NCBI RefSeq assembly: GCF_018977255.1
Contig: NW_024704742.1
Location: forward strand, 47,184,001 to 47,248,000
Direction: 5' to 3'
Length of the DNA: 64,000 nt
Source of the DNA: Callorhinchus milii
Lineage: Eukaryota
In this document: positions 23,213-38,200 of the stretch, in pieces
Numbering within the stretch: the first letter of the stretch is position 1
Layout of the letters: each line of letters starts with the position of its first letter
The notes under the pieces: model-generated
The model's input: only the letters and a program-made list of their open reading frames with translations
Database searches by the model: none
Told to the model about the DNA's origin: nothing
Translations under genes and position numbers: made by a program

Positions 23213-26200
23213 GTGAGGGCAGGGAGGGAGCGGGGGAGAGGTGGGGAGCGGGGTGAGGGGAGGGAGGGGTGTGAGGTGAGGGGGGAGGGGGGGGAGGTGA
23301 GGTGAGGGGGGAGGGAGGTGAGGAGGATGAGGTGAGGAGGGAGGGGGTGAGGGGAGGGAGGGGGGAGGTGAGGTGAGGGGGGGAGGGGAGGGATGAGGTG
23401 AGAGGGTGAGGTGAGGGGGTGAGGTGAGGGGGTGAGGTGAGGGGGGAGGGGAGGGATGAGGTGAGAGGGTGAGGTGAGGTGAGGGGGTGAGGTGAGGGGG
23501 TGAGGTGAGGGGGGAGGGGAGGGATGAGGTGAGAGGGTGAGGTGAGGGGGTGAGGTGAGGGGGTGAGGTGAGGGGGGAGGGGAGGGATGAGGTGAGAGGG
23601 TGAGGTGAGGGGGTGAGGTGAGGGGTGAGGTGAGGGGGGGAGGGGAGGGATGAGGTGAGAGGGTGAGGTGAGGGGGTGAGGGAGGAGGGGAGGGATGAGG
23701 TGAGAGGGTGAGGTGAGGTGAGGGAGGAGGGGAGGGATGAGGTGAGGAGGAGCTGATGCCGCCGCGTTACCTGACTGAGTGCCAGTGCAGTGAGCGCAGG
23801 GCCGGGCCCCGGGACAGCACTTTACCCCTTTTCAACTCGTCCTCTCCCTGTGGTTGACAAGTGTGTGGCCAGACCAGGCCGGGCAGCTGCACAAACTGAC
23901 ACCCAGCACAGTCCAGCACAGCCCTAGCCAGCCCAGCACAGCACAGCACAGGCCAGCACAGCACAGGCCAGCACAGCCCTAGCCAGCCCAGCACAGCACA
24001 GCCCTAGCCAGCCCAGCACAGCACAGCCCTAGCCAGCCCAGCACAGCACAGCCCTAGCCAGCACAGCACAGCACAGCCCTAGCCAGCCCAGCACAGCCCA
24101 GGCTAGCACAGCCCAGGCCAGCACAGCCCAGGCTAGTCCAGCACAGCCCAGCCCAAGCTAGTCCAGCGCAGCCCAGGCTAGCCCAGTCCAGCCCAGGCCA
24201 GCCCAGCACAATGTCACTCTCCCTCCGGGCTGCCGTATGTTTAGTTAGTCTTTACAGCAATTGGGGTTTGTACTTCTTTTCATCTTTACCGATTCGTTTG
24301 GCTGCACTCGTACATTTACTGGTTCATTTACTTGTACGTTTACTTATTATTATTTGTTTATTTATTTGTTTATTTACTTGTTCATTAACGAGTACTGTAC
24401 AATTTACAACAACCACAAAATTATATTTGTAAAGCGCCTTTCACGTTAGGAGGACGTCCCAAGGAGCTGGATAGTCAGAGTTTTGGACCCGAGCTGGGAG
24501 TCAGGGTGGGGAGGGTGGAGGGCAGGGAAATTGAAAGCACGGTTGAAGAAGAGGGTCTTGAGATGGGTCTTGAATGTGGCGAGGGAGGGGGCGAGGCGGA
24601 GGGACTGCAGGATGGAGTTCCAGAGGGTGGGGGCAGAGTGGCGGAAGGCCCGCCCGCCAATAGTGGGGCCAGCGAGGTGGGGGATGTGAAGCAGGCCGGA
24701 GCCTGCTGAGCCGAGGGAGCGAGCAGGACGGTAGGGGGTTAGCAGGTCGCAGAGGTCCGGTGGAGCAAGACCATGGAGAGCTTTGAGGGTGAGGACCAGG
24801 ATCTTGATCTGTATCCTCTGTGTGATGGGAAACCAGTGGAGTCGAGTGCGGATGGGGGTGATAGGGTCACGGAGCCTGGTGCAGAGTTCTGGATGATCAG
24901 CAGCCTGTGGAGGGAGGAGTTGGGGAGGCCGACAAGCACGGAGTTTGCATAGTCAAGCCTCGATGTAATGAATGCATGTATGAGGGTTTTGGTGGTCTGC
25001 GGTGTGAGACAGTGGCAGAGCCGGGAAATGTTGCGGAGTTGGGGGAAGGCAGAGCGGCCCATGGCACAGATGTGGGATAGAAAGGATAGTTGAGGATCAA
25101 ATACTGGATCCATTCAAATTTTCAAGACTGATCTTTGTCAGGTCAGGGTATCAAAGGATATCGGGCAAAGGCCAGTAATTGGAGTTGAGGTACAGATCAG
25201 CCATCATCTTATATAATGGTGGAACAGGTCCGAGGGGCTGAATGGCCGCCTCCTATTCCTATGTATTGTACATGATGCTTAGAGCAGACTCTGTTATATG
25301 CTCATTTAAATGCTTTTGTACAACCTAGGTTAAATATCACTGGATAAAATATGTTTCAAAAAAGAAACTAGGTAAGATGCCATGAAGCTTGATTTGCTGA
25401 ATTGCATGAACTGATCGTCTTTCCTCCCTGAAATTTACTGTGTGACCTCCTTAGTTGGAAGTGTTGCCTGTTATGAAGTCTGCGCTAATGACTTGATTAA
25501 AGAGTATTATGACCCTTACTGGCCCTAAGGTGGTTATCAACTGACACACAATTTGGTGCCATCTGTTACACGTGCAAGGAAGATTAGAGTTTATATCTGT
25601 CGGTCAGTTTTCTGTCAAGTTTGAAATATTATGACTGCTGAAGATGAGTGTTTCATAAATCAGATGCAACAAATTATGTTTGTAAAGGGCCTTTCACACC
25701 GGGAGGAGTCAAGGATTTGGATGTACTACCGTTATCTCAATTTTTGTTTTACATAACACATGTTACAATACAATTACTGGGTTCACTTTGCTCATGTGAA
25801 ATTGCTGTCATTTTTCTTGAATATGAATGTTCTGTGTTGTATTGTGATTTTTTGCGCTGTTAACATTAAAAAAACTCGGCAAATAATTTCATAAATTTGA
25901 GGGATATCAGGAGACCAATTCCATTTTTCAACTCTTCTGTCCATCCATAATTGAGCATTATTGTACATTTCTGTTAAGTTTCTGCTTTTGCTCGCCTGGC
26001 ATTTAAAAAAAATCTTTTGGGATCAAAAGTGACCACATGTAATCACATGTCATAAAGATTCCATATCTTATTCTATGTATAAAAGTGTTAAACTTCCGAT
26101 TAGATAGGAAGTCCAGGTTCTTGTCTTTACTTTCAATTCCTCAATCAGTACCTGTGACACTGCTGCCCTGGCGGCTTCCTCCGCTCAGCAAACAGCTGCC

Positions 26201-29200
26201 GACTTCATGTCACCGGCTCTCTCCACTCTGCTATAGGAGGTGAGCTTTCTGCCATTCCGGCCCACCTACTGGAACATCCTGGAGTCCTTGTGCCCTCCAT
26301 GCCTTCAAAACCTGCCTTGAGACCCATCACTTTTTGACTGTGCTTTCAGTCAGCATCTACTCCACCCCCCCCCCCAAAGCTCAGACTCCTAGGCAAGTTC
26401 TGTGACGTGCTAACACACCCTTGATTTGGATCAAGTTATATTACACTTTGAGACATCCTCTCAACATGAAAGGTGCCACATAAGTGTCATTTTTATTATT
26501 GCTAGAAAATTCATGTTTGAATTATTATCTTTTTCCTTCAATATTCTTTGTATTGCCATTGATGCATGTAGTCAACTCCAGACAGTAGTTATCTTAAAGA
26601 TACATTAATGAAGACAAAGAAACATTTAAATCTAGACCTGTCAGTATTGTTTAGTATTAAAATAAGAGGACATTTCTTTACTCGGAGTTATGATGTTGTT
26701 CCACTTCCAGAAAGGCCTGTTGATTCAGAGTTGGTGGAGTGTTTAGAGGAAGTGGATGAATACTTGACTGGGGCATGGGGAAAAGGCACGTCAGTGGTAT
26801 TGAGTTATAAATCAGCCACAATCTGAGAAAATTACAGAACTGAATGGCCTATTCCTATTCGTGAAGATTTTGCTGTATGTTGCCATTATATGTTGTCCTT
26901 ATTCCATCCCTCAATTTGGGGTCTGCAGGTTTGTCAAAGTATAAAAATGTCAGCAACAATCCCCACTTTAAAGCTAACAGTAAGCCAGGCTGGGGGTGGG
27001 ACTGTCTCTGGTGTGATTGACAGCTTTGGGAGTCAGAAAAATAAACGATTCCCACTGATGAAATGTATGCAGAGTCTGTGTTATAGTTTAATAGTGAAAC
27101 TGAACGTAAACATACTTTCTTCCCCTCTCCCACCCCCAAATTTTCATTAGGGGGTCACAAGCCTTCCTGTTTGCCCTGCCGCCCCCTCTTCCAGTTCCAT
27201 CCTGACTTTTGCACAACTTTCTTGGGGAAGTGTATCCAGCGTTGCTGCTCACTGTTCTTCCTCTGGGCGGCCTTGGCCTTTTTAACGTGCATGTCCTTTT
27301 CAACCTGCTCCCACTTTTTTAAATGTTGCACTTCAGTTTGAGCTTCAAAAACTCCTGCGTTATCATTCACCCGACCAGTGTCAGCTCGGCCAAGTACTCC
27401 ATGTGCTCTGCCATGATTGTGGCATTAACTGACAATACAATACAAAATTACACTTGTATAGCGCCTCTCACGTTGGGAGGATGTCCCGAGGCACTGGATA
27501 GTCTAGGATTTGGATCCGAGCTGGGGGTCGAGATCGTGGAGGGTAGGAGGGTGACCGAAGGCACGGTCGAAGAGAACGGTTTTGAGACGAGCCTTGAAGG
27601 AAGCAAGGGAGGGAGCGAGGTCAAGGGAATGTGGGATGGTGTTCCATAGGGTGGGGGCAGAAAGGCTGAAGGCTCGACCACAGCTGTGAGGGGGAGTGGG
27701 AGGAATTTGAACTCTACTCTCTGGGGGATGGAAAGCCAGTGGAGCCAGGCAAGGGTGGGGGTTATGGGGTCACGGAGCCTGCTGCGGGAGGGGACCCGAG
27801 CTGCAGAGTTCTGGATGATATGCAGCTTGTGGAGGGAAGAGTTGGGAAGGCTGACAAGCAGGGAGTTGGCGTAGTCGAGCCTAGATGTAAAACAGGTGTT
27901 TTAGCCCTGTGCAAGGTAAAAGTACTTGCGTTGAATTTTCATACTCATTCTTTTACACATTTCCCCCTAAACCTATGACTTCTACTAAATTTACCATGGC
28001 AAATCTGCAGCCCTACTCATTTTTGAGCAAATTATTTGTAGTATGAAATTCATAGTTTAATTTTTTCCATAGTTCTGTGTTAAAATGAAGAATGTTGTTT
28101 GGCTTCCCCACAAAGAAGGATGTTTTCACAGGGAAATTGAACACTTCTCCCTTTTGGCTTCCTGACTCTGCATTAGACACTCAGGAACTGTGTGTTATCT
28201 TTTTAGTATGCTATAATTACAACCTTGGAATCCACCTTCTACAACATTGTACTCATTTGTTAGCACTCACTACATACAATACATGGTAATGTTTGAAAAT
28301 AAGTATACCCAAGTCGACAAAATACTGTAATGTGTAATGTACCGGGGATATTTCCTTTTGATGTATTGTACATTTTGTACTTTTAGCGCCTTTGATTTTA
28401 TGTTGCAGTTTGTTCCATGCAGAATCCATTAATGAGATTAAGATATTTCAGACCAAATTTTCTCTTAAGATTTTTTTTAAAAAAGTGCTTTGATTTATTG
28501 TAGGTGCAATATTAAATTCCACTGTTATCAAAAGTTTTTGCATATATTAATTTTTAATATCATATTCTGATGTAGAATGCCAAAACAATAGCAGAAGTCC
28601 AGCAGTTGGTGGCTGATGGGAAGGTTAAATTGCTGCGTGAATATTTTGGGTCAAGGATGGTGTTTGGAACAGCAGGACTCCGGTCAATGATGGCACCAGG
28701 ATTTTCTCATATTAATGACCTTACAATTATTCAGACAACCCAGGTAAGCGACGGTGAATATATTCATCTCAATATTGACACAGAATACTGTCTATCTGCC
28801 AATTGTTGTAATTGGGCAACATAGAGCAAGAACTATGCCCAGTTCATCTCTCTTCTCACAATAGGGGTATACCATCGCAAAAAAAAGTACAACTGATGGA
28901 TAAATAGAAAATTTAGGGCAACCCCTGTTAAAATGACGTCTGTGAGCAATATTCCATACCCCACATTATAAGTCAAGCAAAAGTAAATGACCAACTTCCA
29001 GGTAAATGGGTGACCAATGATGATATTTCCTTTGTAAAGTGACGTCAGTGGTCTTCCTGCACATGGGCAGTCTGTGGGAAGTGACATCAGCAACAGTTCC
29101 CGTACATAGGACACGTATGTAAAAAGTAACAGCAGCAGTGACCAGACAACCAGAAGGGGCAGTGTTGACTAACCTCAGGATACTTTGAGTTATTTAAATT

Positions 29201-32200
29201 TGATTTAATCAAAATAACTGAGGCATCCTTCAAGTGAGATAATTGAATTATTGTCTAACAGCATTTAAAAGGGAATTTGATAAATACTTGCAGGAAAAAT
29301 TAATCATGTGTAAAGAGGAATGAGATTAGCGTAAATTGCTTTAATAGGGGAGCTTGCACCCATTTTATAATGGGTTAAGTTACCTCTTGTGCTTCAGTTA
29401 TAAATTCTTCACGTTAGTAAAATATTAATTAGATATAGTTTTCAGTTCTTTAATTTTTAATGGGAGTGGAAGAGTGCACTAAGTGAACAGAATAGTGTAA
29501 TCACAGGAACCAGGAACTGCAGAAAAGATCAATAAGTCTATTGAGCAAAGGAGAAATGTAATAAAGTGATAACGTTGGGTTTACTGTTGTGTTTTTCACT
29601 GTTAAAAGTACATCCAAAATGTCCATTTAGCTAAAAAAAAACATTGGCAATCAACAGATAAAACAAATACACGTTTACATAACGCCTTTCACATCATGAG
29701 GATGTTCCAAAGAGCCAAGATGGGGATGCAGCTGAGGGAGTGGAGTGGGATTAATCATTTTACCAAGAATAACTGTTTGTAGTTTTCAAAGTTATTTAAT
29801 CTGTCATCAATAATGCTGTCATTTATTTTTGTATTCCTATTGCATTTCTCAAAAAACTCTCGTAAATTTTTTTGAAATCCAACCTTTTAGCAGCCATCCA
29901 ATGGAATGCAATGCCTATAAAAGTAGAGGAGTTGAAAGGTGTTCAATATCCGAACAAATTATTCCAATCAATTGAAGGCTTTATCCATTTTTGAAAATCA
30001 AGTCTTGAACTCACATTCATTTAATATTTCTCTCTAATTTCATGCTTTTGCTCATTTAGGGGTTGTGCAGATACCTGGAAAAATCATTCCCAGATTTACA
30101 AACCAGAGGTGTAGTGATTGGATTTGATGCACGTGCTCACCCTTCCAGTGGAAGCAGCAGCGAAAGGTGGGATTTAACTAATCTTCAAAATTGCATTTTA
30201 ACCGACATAGATCTGCCTGTGACTTGCTCTGTAAGGCAAGTAAGTCTGTTGGGCTATCTGAGGTCCAGTGGGAAAGCTTGCCAGACAGCTTGCCATTGAA
30301 AGCACTATGTAGTTTTAGTTGGTTAAACTTCAATAGTACCCCAATAAACACCCTGGGGTCGCCATGGTGGCGTTTATCAGCCTGCACCTAATGCACTCCA
30401 GAATTGGGTAAGCAGAATGTGTCCCTCCAGGGAGAGAGTGTGTATTCCATTCCATTCACAGGAGTCTGCATATGTAGGTGGGACGCATGGTATTTTCTGG
30501 TTTGGATAATCTTAAACATGGTGATTGGCAACTGCATGTGTCGGACACATGGCTGAACAAAAAAAATGCTAATTGTTGTTATAATGGATTGTCTTTCTTC
30601 ATTTCTTTCTAAGAATTAGAAGAGTTAGAAGAATTCTTGAAATGAACTGGATGCTGCTGCAAAGAAGTGGGGAGTTTGCAGGCAGTTTTGTAATCTTCAA
30701 ATGTGTAATGAGTTGACTTCCAGGTGAAAATTATATATTGGTACTTATTTGCTCATTTTTAATTTAATCTGTTTCTGTATCTTGCAGATTCGCCAGACTT
30801 TCTGCCACTGTACTGATTAGCCAGAAGATTCCTGTACATCTTTTCAGTCAGATAACACCAACCCCCTTTGTGGTATGTGATTGACTTACCTTCTTTAAAA
30901 TTTTTACTTGTGGTCTTGCTCACTTATTTTTGTACTTTGCTCATGTAAAGAACAGCTTAAAAACCTATTTGTGTTTGATCTGAGTTCACTAGTACTTACT
31001 GGTAATAAATGTTTCTTTTGTTCAAAACCATTTGCCTATAGTAAATTGCCATTGTTCCATACTTTTTCTCTCCATCCATATGTGAGGGCTCAATATGTGC
31101 ATTAATTTTCTTTTGCTGACGTGTGCTATTCTCATTGATAAATAAATATTCCGCTCCCTGCTTTCAATTAGTATTGTCTACAATGCTTCAGTGTTGCTTG
31201 GTATCTCTGGGTATCTTTAGTTCTGTGGAAATCTTATAGCTTCATTTTATTTTTAATATTGATCCTTTGTTTTGGCCAGTCAGCTTTCTTTGAGGCCCAC
31301 ATTTGGCTTCAAGATTTGTGTTGAGTAACCTTCTCTCCCTGCCTTCAAAAATCTTGTTTCCAGTCATGCAATAATACTCAACATTTTTAAAAATGTAAGT
31401 GCACTTCCCTTTAAATGTTTATTTGGGGTTCAATATTAACCCTGAAAATTAAAATCTAAGGTAGCATGCTACATCTAGTCAACCCCTCTGGAATACAAGT
31501 CCTTCTGGAGACTCAGTTTCAATTTGCTTTGTCTTATTTCAGAAGCTTCCCGTCAACAGTTGCCCTAAGACTAGTAAAGTTAACAGTAGTTATGCTTTTG
31601 ACCATGGTGGTTAGCTTTTCCCACTTATGATGAAAGTACTAGTTGTGTAAATCGGGCGGCTTTACCAGCAGGAGAGAGAAAGTAGTTTGTCGCGAACAAA
31701 AAGTAAGCCACAACATGGGTTTACTTGATGCGGGTAACTTTAATTAAGATTATACCCTAGATACTGTTTTAATGATTGTAAACTGTTGAAGCAGTTTTTT
31801 TTAGTATTATATGAGTTGAAACCCTCAATTGAAAAATAACCTTATAATTTGCTTGTGGGTATCGTATTTACAAAATATACTGGTAATTGTCAGAAAAATC
31901 AGAATGCTCACTCTTTGGATTTTAGCAGTAAACTGATATTTTGGTAAGTTGTACTGATATCAGCCAGTTTTAATCGCACTTTGATGTGTATGTGACAATT
32001 CACTAATGACTTTTAAAGTTCAAGGTATGATAGGTTTGATATTTTTGTCTTATTTTAAAAACGGAACTTCACAATTCATGTTCTGTTTCTCTTTCAAGCC
32101 ATATACAGTGTCTCAACTGAATTTGTGTGCTGGAATCATGGTAACAGCATCTCACAACCCAAAACAGGATAATGGTTACAAGGTAATCATGCAATTTCTT

Positions 32201-35200
32201 ATTACAATAGTTTTGCCTCTTACTGTTACCCAAGATTAAGGCTGTATATTCCTTCCTCACATTCTAGCCCTGACGAAGACTGTTATTCATCTTTGCCCCG
32301 AGCTCACACAAAAATACTGACAAACCCCTTTTTCACGCTTTTGTTAAGTCCCACATAGAACTTTCAAATAAACTTCTTGCCAGATCTCCCATTTCAATCA
32401 TTAATGAGCTCCAGCTATTCCAGAGCTCCAGATAATCCAAACCTCCATTACCCACATGCTCATCTACACCAAACTTTGCACGCCATTCACCCCAGTCCTC
32501 GATCAGGTCCAGTAAATCCCTGTCTCCCAATGGATCGACCCCAGTGTCCTCACCCTTCATGCCCTAGTATTTCTCTATCCTACCCCACTCTTTTGCTTGC
32601 CCCCTCACTCATGGGTGTGCTGCACATCCCTCACACCCTCTGCACTGCCGTCAGTGGCCTTCACTTGCTCTACCCCCTGCTATCCCTTGTCTCGGTGTCC
32701 CTTCCTGTTTTTAAATTCCTCCTTAAAACCTACATCTCCAACCACGTCTATGGTAATCCCCTCCCCTCATTCAATTAATTCATGTTGCTGTGGGACATAG
32801 TGATTCGTACACGGTGGTAAATTCCGTATTCACAGTTAAGTAGCGGTCTGCTTTGAATAATTTGAAGTTTTTATCCACTTACCTTAACCATTCTAACAAG
32901 ATTGTCTCCACTCATGTTTTTGTTAATGACTTGGTCTTATTGTGTTTACAATTTTGTGTTCTTGTGTTTACAGTCTGTACTCTAGTTTTGTGAATTCTCA
33001 CCACTTTCATCAGAAGACAGAAACTGAGGCACAAGTTTCAAATTCAATTCTATACTGGGGAACAAGAGTACTTACTGTATTCTGTCAAATTACCCTTTAG
33101 AAAGGGGCTTTTGATTCTGTTTTGAGATTTCCCTAAGAAATCAAAGTTCTGCTTGATTTATCCCCACATGAGGGAAGAGGGAATCCAGGGGAATGTTTTG
33201 GAAGGGTGAATGATCATGTGGAGCAGAAGCACTGGTATGGAAGAGTTGGACCAAATGTCCTGTTTCAGTGGTGTACAGACTAGTTATATGCTGTGCTATG
33301 TACAAACATTAATTTGCATTAGGTAACGCTAACCAATTGTTTATTTAATTATAAGGTGTATTGGTCTAATGGAGCCCAGATTATTCCACCTCATGACCAA
33401 GAAATCTCCAAGGCTATTGTTGAAAATTTAGAGCCATGGTCACAGTCGTGGGATGACAAACTTGTTGACAGCAGTACACTTATTAAGGATCCTTATCAGA
33501 GTATGAATGAAAAATATTTTCAGGATCTTCAGAAACATTGCTTCCACAGGTGAGTCTTCAGTGTCGGATAATTTATCATTTGAGTTCTGGTGAAGCAGAT
33601 AACGTTTTGTCTAGCCACGAGTTTTTATATTGGCACTCTCATTACGTCTGCTTAGGGAGGCACACTTTTGGAGCTGAGAGCTGCACAGGGTATCTGGAGG
33701 AGGACCAATGGTTTGGAATAAAAAGCTCAGCAAATTGACATAAGCCACAAAGAAATTGGGCTTGTACCTTCATTCTCTTTTCCCTTTTCAATCCCAATTG
33801 TAAAATTTGAAAGGGCACCTACAAAATGCTAACCCGATGCTCTTTTGTGTTTGTGTGTAAAAGTCTTCGTGAAGTTGATTTGTTTTCAACAGCCAGGTTT
33901 CTGAAACTTAAATTCACAATATTTTCAGTTAACTATTTATATCTTAACCTGGCATCTTTGCACTTTTAAAATTGGGGTGGAAGACAGAAAGGGAGGGTGC
34001 CTGCAGATTTGTGATGCGTTGCATTGACATTCAGGGATATTGTACTATCGCCAGATGGGGCCAGTTTCACAGGCTTATCAATTCTTCTTCTTATTTGTCC
34101 TGCTGCTGCTTTCTTTTTAAACCTATGCTCTTGCAGTTCAAACTATTCATTTCAATTGGTTTGTAGTTAGATTCATTTTAAAAAGTTCATTGGGCTCATC
34201 TTGAGAATATTTTTTCCCTGATCTAATTTTCTTTTATATCTAGGAACAAAAATAAGGAAACAAAACTGAAATTTATCCATACGTCTCTGCATGGAGTTGG
34301 ACATGAATTTGTACAGTCGGCTTTCAAAGCATTCGACTTTGCTCCTCCTATTGCAGTTCCAAAGCAGAAAGATCCTGATCCAGAATTCACAACAGTCAAA
34401 TTCCCAAATCCTGAAGAGGGCAAAGATGTCCTGGTAACAAGCCTTACATAGTCACATTTTGTGCTGTTGATATTTAAAATTGTAAATTCTTAAAGCATTT
34501 TAAATGTTTTTAATGAAACAGGATTTATTTTTTCCTGTTGTCCTCGAGATAATTAAGGCATGAATGATGATTTCAGCAGCAGCGTGGTTGGGCTAGAGAC
34601 GGGCAGGACATGAAGGTGGAAAAGGCAATCTTAGCAATGGACTCTGGGGTTAGAAGTACAGCTGGGAATGCCAACAGTTGCACATTGATTAAACCTGAGT
34701 GGGCAATCAAGAAGATTAATGTAGTTAGATCCAGTGACGATGTTCCTGCAGGAATTGAAAAAGTGACTTTTGTTTACATGTAGCTGAAAGAAGTTGAGGC
34801 TCCACCAGGAATTTCTAATCCTTACTTCATTCTAAATTAAATGTTGCCTTCTAATCTACTTGATGGTGCTAGATATTTACCACATATTGGGAGTATATGA
34901 ATTTGAGGAACTGAATCAAGACTGTTCTGCCAGTTTTATTATATCATAATCATAGCAGATTTTTTAAATTTTCCCACCTTTTCTCTATTCCTCTTATTAT
35001 CTACTTCCCACATGTGAATTTAACCCCATTTTACAGTTTCAAATTGACTATATTGCTTTCTGAGATATTGCATTTAAATTTTCTTAATCTTCAGTGTATA
35101 GCAATGCTTTGCTCATGGGTTGCTGCACTGTTAGACGTGCCATCCTCCGGATGAGATGTTAAATTAACGTCCCAGGCGAGCTGGGCATCGATATGATTGC

Positions 35201-38200
35201 CTTACAGTGACATCTTGATATTTTCTGTTTAAATTTATAAAACAGCATATATAATAAGGCATTGATATAACCAATCACCATTACTGAGCATTGGGGAGTT
35301 ATCAAGTCAGTTTAAGAATTTATCATGAAGCACAATTTGCTATCCAGTACTTCCTTTTAAATTTGGGTAGTTTAAATGTGCCCGATTTGTAACATTCCCC
35401 TGAAATCTAAATGTTTCAGTTAAAATCTTTGATTTCATCTGTTCATGAGGAGTAGCATTTAATAACAGAAATTGTGCAGTACTGAATTATGCTCTTTGTG
35501 TATTCACTATGAATGGCCTCTTTCTCAGTTTGTTGTGGTTTGTGGTCACGTTGAGTGATTTGCAAAGATTTACCTCCTCTTAGTTGAATAACCATAGTTT
35601 TATGGTTGATGAAAGTAATTTGTGGTCTGATCCGATCCTCTATCACAGTCTCCACTGAAGCAACTAAGGATTGCAGTGATCACTGAGATCCTGGTATTAA
35701 ACATGACATTCATAAGTCTTTACTGATTGCATTACTAATAATGTTTGTCTTAAAACTAAGTCTGCAAAATGCTGCTCTTTTAAATAGTATCAAGTGAACC
35801 AGTACTTCTATCTAAACAGGTTTTTTCCTATGTAATCCTGCTTCTCTTCATACTAATGTGCACCTTCCCCAGACATGGATGAGTGGCTTCATTGAAGGAA
35901 TCATTATCTCCTCTTGTCACTCAATCCAAAACTGTTTGTGGGACACTGCTGTGCACAATTGACTGCCGCGTTTTGCCCACAAAATATACAGTCAGTTCAC
36001 TTTACAGCAAATTCTGTGAAGCGCTTTGAGACATCTAAAAGATATGAAAGGTGCTATATCAAATGTAAAGATTATGATGATGATGATTATTATTTGTCAT
36101 CCAGATTCTGAGAGGCCAGACCAGCTGAGGTGAGGTTGGCTAACATTTATTTTTCTCTAAAGCTTTCTCTTGTGTTTCTCAAATGTGAGTGATGTCATTA
36201 TTTACAGAAATTATCTTTCTGCTTGGCTGAGAAAGAGGGAGCCACAGTCATTTTAGCAAATGACCCAGATGCCGATCGACTTGCTGTAGCTGAGAAGCAG
36301 CAACGGTATGTAGTAAAATGTAAAACAACAAAATCAATATATATCCCAAGATAATTTATTTAGGATGCTTAGGTAGTTCATCTCGTAGAAGGAAAGATGA
36401 TTCCAATAATTTCAAGAGAGGAGAATATTTATCGGACAAGATTATGATTAATATTGTAACTGAATAAAATCTACATTTTCCATATAATCTATTTAAAAGT
36501 GTGACTAATAATAAAAACTAATATTCTGAGATGTAGTTTTAGAATTTTGCATTGCTTTAATTTTTCATCTGAGATTCTTCATTACACTGGGAGTAAGTAC
36601 TTCCCACTCAGCCCCTGTTAACCCTGCAAACCAAAGCCAAAACAGGTAGGGTGGTACTAGCTGGCCATGCAGCAGGAGAGCTTGCCAAATAGTGCTTTCA
36701 ATGGCAAGCAATGCAGTTTTAACTGATTAAGCTCCAGCAATATCCCAGAGCACACTCTGGGGTCTCCAAACTTGCCAGCCAGCACCCAATATTATCCAGA
36801 ATTGGATAAGCAAGCTGTGTCCCTCCAGGCAGAGAGTGCATATTCTATTCTTATACACAGAATTTCCAAGTGGAGGAAGATGCATGGAGTTCTGGTTTGG
36901 ATACTCTTAAGAATTGTGTTGGGTTTCCGCATATGCCTAATGCTCTGCTGACTTAAAAAAAAGTTACATGTATACATGCAAGATAGCAGTGGTGATCGTG
37001 AAACATTTTGAACTACTTGTTAGGCATTGTTTAAAGCCCATTATCATTGGTTTTTATTCACAAAATAAAAAAGGGGCATTGTTTGGATTTTTCCATTTGT
37101 GTTAAAAAGGAGAAAACCAAGGGGGGGGATGGGGGATTGTCATAAAACTGGGGAAATTTAATAAAAATCTGCCACTTATTTGACTGTTTAGCCAATGTTA
37201 AAGGTAGTCCGCACATTTTTCACAGAGCAACTACAGGCATCTTCATTTTCAGGTCACCAGCAACAAATATAAATGATTGTTTCATTTGTCCTCCTGACGT
37301 GAAAGGCACTATATAAGTGCAATTTTACGTTGTTCCAACAAATACTGCACTTGTATACTGTGCTTTGGGTCCCGAGAATGCATCATGAAGCACATTATGG
37401 ATGCACAGCACCAAACTGAGATCAACTTGTGCACTGTTCAGGCATACAGAGGCCCAATGTGAGCAGATAATTTGCAAAGTTGTTTGACAAGACCTGCATC
37501 TTAGATACTGAAAATAAACTGTATAATTATGGTGAACATCAGTTTATTAAAAAAAATTCAAGTTGAAGATTCAGGAAGCAAACTATTTTAGTTTCAATCC
37601 ATCTTGCATTTTTTGCTGTTTCTTGGATTATTTAAATTAGAATTGTGCCTCGAAAGAGATTGTTTATATATGATTGTTTCACTGTGGCCCATTTCTAAAT
37701 TGAATGAACTGTTTTCTTAATGATTTGTGTAATTAAGTTAGTGTATTCTGCTTGTTTTAGAATTGTCTCTGAAGCCTTCTACTTTTGCTATCTTGTATTA
37801 ATTTTGTAGGTTCTGCTGTGGAGGCTAGATTAGTATCTGCCCTCTAGTACAATTGTAATTGTAGTTTTAAAAAGTAGATGAGAAACCTTTAGTTCCTCTC
37901 CTCAGCTACCAAATAAAAGCATCGTCTTTAGCTGGCATTACACCCATCATGATCTGACTAGTGATTCATACCTCAGATCAGCCATATTATTTACTTTCCT
38001 TCCATATTGTATTGTAATTTCCCCTAACCCCCCCCAACCCCGGTGACTTCCTCCTGCCCATGCTTTTTGAATCTGAGCGAGTACAATATTGACACTTTTC
38101 ACTCCAGCTATAGTATACATAAAGGACTGCTACTTGCAGTTTCTTGCGGTACAATGTTGGCTTTGAAGTCGTCTATTCAGAGTGCTAGCCAAGCATCATC

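Noticed and set aside
27088..27420. Coding-looking minus-strand segment in PGM2 intron 1
   Set aside because: Short ORFs with no motif I can recognise and no clear splice sites. Possibly an old transposon remnant, but unsupported.
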